A stretch of 64,000 nt of DNA, from contig JBOEGD010000009.1 of assembly GCA_050633245.1 (NCBI GenBank), forward strand, positions 224,001 to 288,000. The letters are read 5' to 3'. The position numbers and the translations under genes were made by a program. This document shows, one piece after another, positions 62,501 through 64,000 of this stretch (the first letter of the stretch is position 1; each line of letters begins with the position of its first letter). A model generated the notes under the pieces. The model had not been told where the DNA came from. It did no database searches and was given only the letters and a program-made list of their open reading frames with translations. The DNA is from Calditrichia bacterium. GTDB taxonomy: Bacteria > Calditrichota > Calditrichia > RBG-13-44-9 > J075.

Positions 62501-63151
62501 TCTGCATCAGGGAAAATAGACTTTGCCTTCCGACAGATCACTCAAATCCCCCAGGGCAGTGCTATAGAAATTGTATCCACCAATAAGGAGAATCAAACTC
62601 TTCATGCGTTTAAGGAAAGAGAGATCTCAAACTATTCTGTTTATTCGAGACCCACTATAGAGATTGCTGTAGATTCAGGCAGCAACACCTTGGCGGCAGG
62701 CGAAAGCATACCTTTAAAAATGCACCTGAAGACGCTTGATTATCACAAGAAGAACGCCCGCTTCAACCTGGTTATCGATAGCAATGCTCCCAACCAACAG
62801 CGGACTCGTATTCCAATTTCGCTACAGGTGTCGGAAGAGCTTCACATAGATGAATTTTCGGGTTCGGTGCCGGAGCAGGTTGAGTTGCAGCAAAATTTCC
62901 CAAATCCCTTCAATCCGCAAACGACGATTAGCTTTCGTCTACCCGAACCCGTTCACGCCAGACTAGTGGTTTATAATACCCTGGGGCAAATTGTAAACAC
63001 GTTAATTGACGAGCCGCTGTCGACCGGCGAATTTCGTATTCCCTGGCGGGCAATAAACGATGTTGGGCAAGTTCTTCCGAGCGGGATTTATTTTTATGAA
63101 TTAAAGGCGGGTGATTTTTCTCAGATCAGAAAGATGATACTGCTGCACTAA
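59573..63151 (+). CDS. Secreted M14 zinc carboxypeptidase with regulatory-like, jelly-roll and ASH/Ig domains and FlgD-Ig/T9SS-like tail
   Basis: Signal peptide; HGDE, NPDG, RRNAN.VDLNR, SLH, TMEL; SLG..GWI.LD...AGFDLDA; QNFPNPFNPQT...KMILLH. Confidence 0.88.
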   Translation: MNTSLRHIVLLSLLLCPTLLLSDWRPKEMKVKVELQKPEDLAKLTELGITPAHTQLPIVYLHIIPAELKALREIGFTPQILIASLSNHSRNLLKQPALQGYLGYNDMLHRLEELQKQYQHIIRLQTIGKSVLGRKLIAVKISDNPSLSEAEPKLAFDGGYHGDEIITTEVLIRFIEDFCSRYATDKRVRQLINSREIHVLPLVNPDGRETLTRRNANHVDLNRDWGHLWNSAGNSEHPFSQPETRAVLNWINKQNFSIHQSLHAGAQLISYPWSCRPGRVPDAALFDYLASGYATSSGYSTLQLGSGYNELYPVCGTAKDAYYALNGTLGWTMELTQNKTPAYSEVDAIYQQNKPSFLYLLQQVGHGLAATIQDAQTGKPVMARIEIRNDRQNFWPIYSPRGYFHKFLLQGKYELRVSANGYKTAVFPNISVKDTGAVKLNIALSATSGSYAFKTMATRVPQTTSGLLKPPFQALGSPDNRGYSLGRNGWIILDMAAEVRDLPGDDLRIFEAGNSNEGYELSVSINPHGPWKHIGGGRGTSDFDLARHDIARFRYLRIEDDGDGFSGLSNAGFDLDAVESSLLPGNEPYLIAESYTVLDTLNNFNGILEIGETAGIRIKLENLGKQTSAAGKIRVRQASPGITVLTDSSSFPSLSPGASVWCDGFGLRIEPTINLERETIVQLEMRTAKGKAWLHPLNLQINSGGQLELSVSELTFDAVFIDSRQTTQLQLNNSGSDSLKIFRLHTKGKQFSVEPSQLIIPPFQSTLVNVYYQPIAEQQVNDTLQILSNDPRFPRRYLALSGSGIQAPELRLQTDSLHLSLLPNDSASILVGLQNIGAGMLNYSVSMEFEALDGFKLSSSDSPESRRFQWINYQEFEQLEFTRQQKAQKVSLPFQFKFQGKKYRTITVSTNGQLIFSDSTNIDGESDLKISALGSQLRTSGNSKISYWTSKDMCVFEWKEMSFAKSDGVATFRITLSASGKIDFAFRQITQIPQGSAIEIVSTNKENQTLHAFKEREISNYSVYSRPTIEIAVDSGSNTLAAGESIPLKMHLKTLDYHKKNARFNLVIDSNAPNQQRTRIPISLQVSEELHIDEFSGSVPEQVELQQNFPNPFNPQTTISFRLPEPVHARLVVYNTLGQIVNTLIDEPLSTGEFRIPWRAINDVGQVLPSGIYFYELKAGDFSQIRKMILLH

Positions 63152-63188
63152 TAGTTCTCTGCTTCGGCCTACAGCCTTAGCTGCCAGG

Positions 63189-63520
63189 TGGTAGGTTGTT
63201 GGACGTCCCGGAGAGGCTTTTTGGACGCTTCGCTTATCGGGCACTGCGTTGATTGGGTGTTCCGGAGGGGCTTATTGGAAAAGATTCTCACCTTCAAGTA
63301 TTGCATTCTATTTGTTCCCATAAACGAGCAAAGAGAGCGAACCATCAGTTCCGAGAATCGGGATGCCCTAAACGCAGTGAGCGGCCTATCAGCACCGCAG
63401 GTGCGTCCTGTCCGTTCCGAAGGAACGCCATATGAGCAAAGCGCTCTCTTTGTTCCCATTAGCGAACAAAGAGAGCGCCCTATCAGCGAAACGCCCCATC
63501 TGTTCCAAAGGAGCGCCCCG
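63189..63520. repeat. Mosaic of palindromic repeat modules between convergent genes; includes a perfect 15-bp hairpin (63441-63478)
   Basis: GCGCTCTCTTTGTTC-8-GAACAAAGAGAGCGC with a decayed copy at 63307-63339; AACGCAGTGAGCG shared with 19761-19853; module shared with 5839-5868. Confidence 0.65.
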
Positions 63521-63536
63521 TGAGTCATTTCAATTT

Positions 63537-64000
63537 CTAGCTTTTATCCTTTACTAAATCTACGCGATTCAGCTTGACCTTCTTAAAGCTCTCATCACTG
63601 ATTACATAGTACCAGTTAGCAAAGCGATCATTCAAATCATCTGCCAGCTTGCGGCCGTCATCAACCTGTTTTTGCCAGGTATCGTAAGCCAACTGTAAAG
63701 CCTGATTAGCACGATCTGAATCAGTAAACAAGCTATCGGCTTTTCCAACAAAATCGGTATTAGCCGGCTTTCGCGGTTCTTTAAAACGATCTTCCTGAAA
63801 GGATGTTGTTACGAACAAATACCGGTTTTCTGCTGGTCCGGATGTATTGGCTTCACCACCACCGGCACTTACTTCAAGACCGCTTCCATAGGCAACTTCA
63901 CCAAATCGCAGCGTATACAAGATACCAGTCTTCGTACCAACCTGAACTTCACCTTCATTAGAGAACAATCCGGAACCTTCAACCAGATAGTAGCCTTTGC
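63537..64000 (-). CDS. DUF4340-like protein, C-terminal part (5' end outside window)
   Basis: G..YTLRFGE, NRYLFVT, LN.RF..WYYVIS...F.K. Confidence 0.6.
   Translation of the reverse strand, partial: KGYYLVEGSGLFSNEGEVQVGTKTGILYTLRFGEVAYGSGLEVSAGGGEANTSGPAENRYLFVTTSFQEDRFKEPRKPANTDFVGKADSLFTDSDRANQALQLAYDTWQKQVDDGRKLADDLNDRFANWYYVISDESFKKVKLNRVDLVKDKS

Noticed and set aside
63169-63528. Overlapping 119-, 111- and 60-aa ORFs
   Set aside because: They arise from palindromic repeat DNA and show no protein-like features

Overview
Gene-dense bacterial chromosome segment. An FCB-superphylum organism, most plausibly Calditrichota/KSB1-like, is inferred from three secreted proteins ending in the 'QN(W/F)PNPFNPxT...KMILx' FlgD-Ig/T9SS-like tail and from the style of the propeller histidine kinases. 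Left part (0-23 kb, nearly all minus strand): partial glycosyltransferase, alpha/beta hydrolase, rpsA, DUF1579-like protein, FG-GAP/ASPIC-UnbV protein, two tandem beta-propeller HisKA_3/NarL two-component systems separated by an unannotated 39-aa membrane peptide, LOG protein, purL, Ala/Gly:cation symporter, a 230-bp palindromic repeat element, tmRNA (plus strand) and a secreted CHRD/FN3 protein. Centre (23.2-54.7 kb, minus strand): a Wzx/Wzy exopolysaccharide cluster preceded by glycogen phosphorylase, pyrophosphatase and a partner-switching set (REC-PP2C, RsbW-like kinase, two STAS proteins) with no sigma factor. The cluster contains a WecB/TagA glycosyltransferase fused to two STAS domains and several apparently dead enzymes (nucleotidyltransferase-PGT fusion, Wzc without its Walker A lysine, degenerate DUF4301). 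This putative 'glycogen-to-EPS phospho-switch' is the best candidate for an undescribed system. Right part: pncA-pncB-desulfurase-like-class II aldolase operon, an amber-interrupted small ORF, a large M14 carboxypeptidase, a repeat mosaic and a partial DUF4340 gene. No CRISPR, integrase, transposase, rRNA or tRNA was seen. All family calls come from motif recognition, not database searches.
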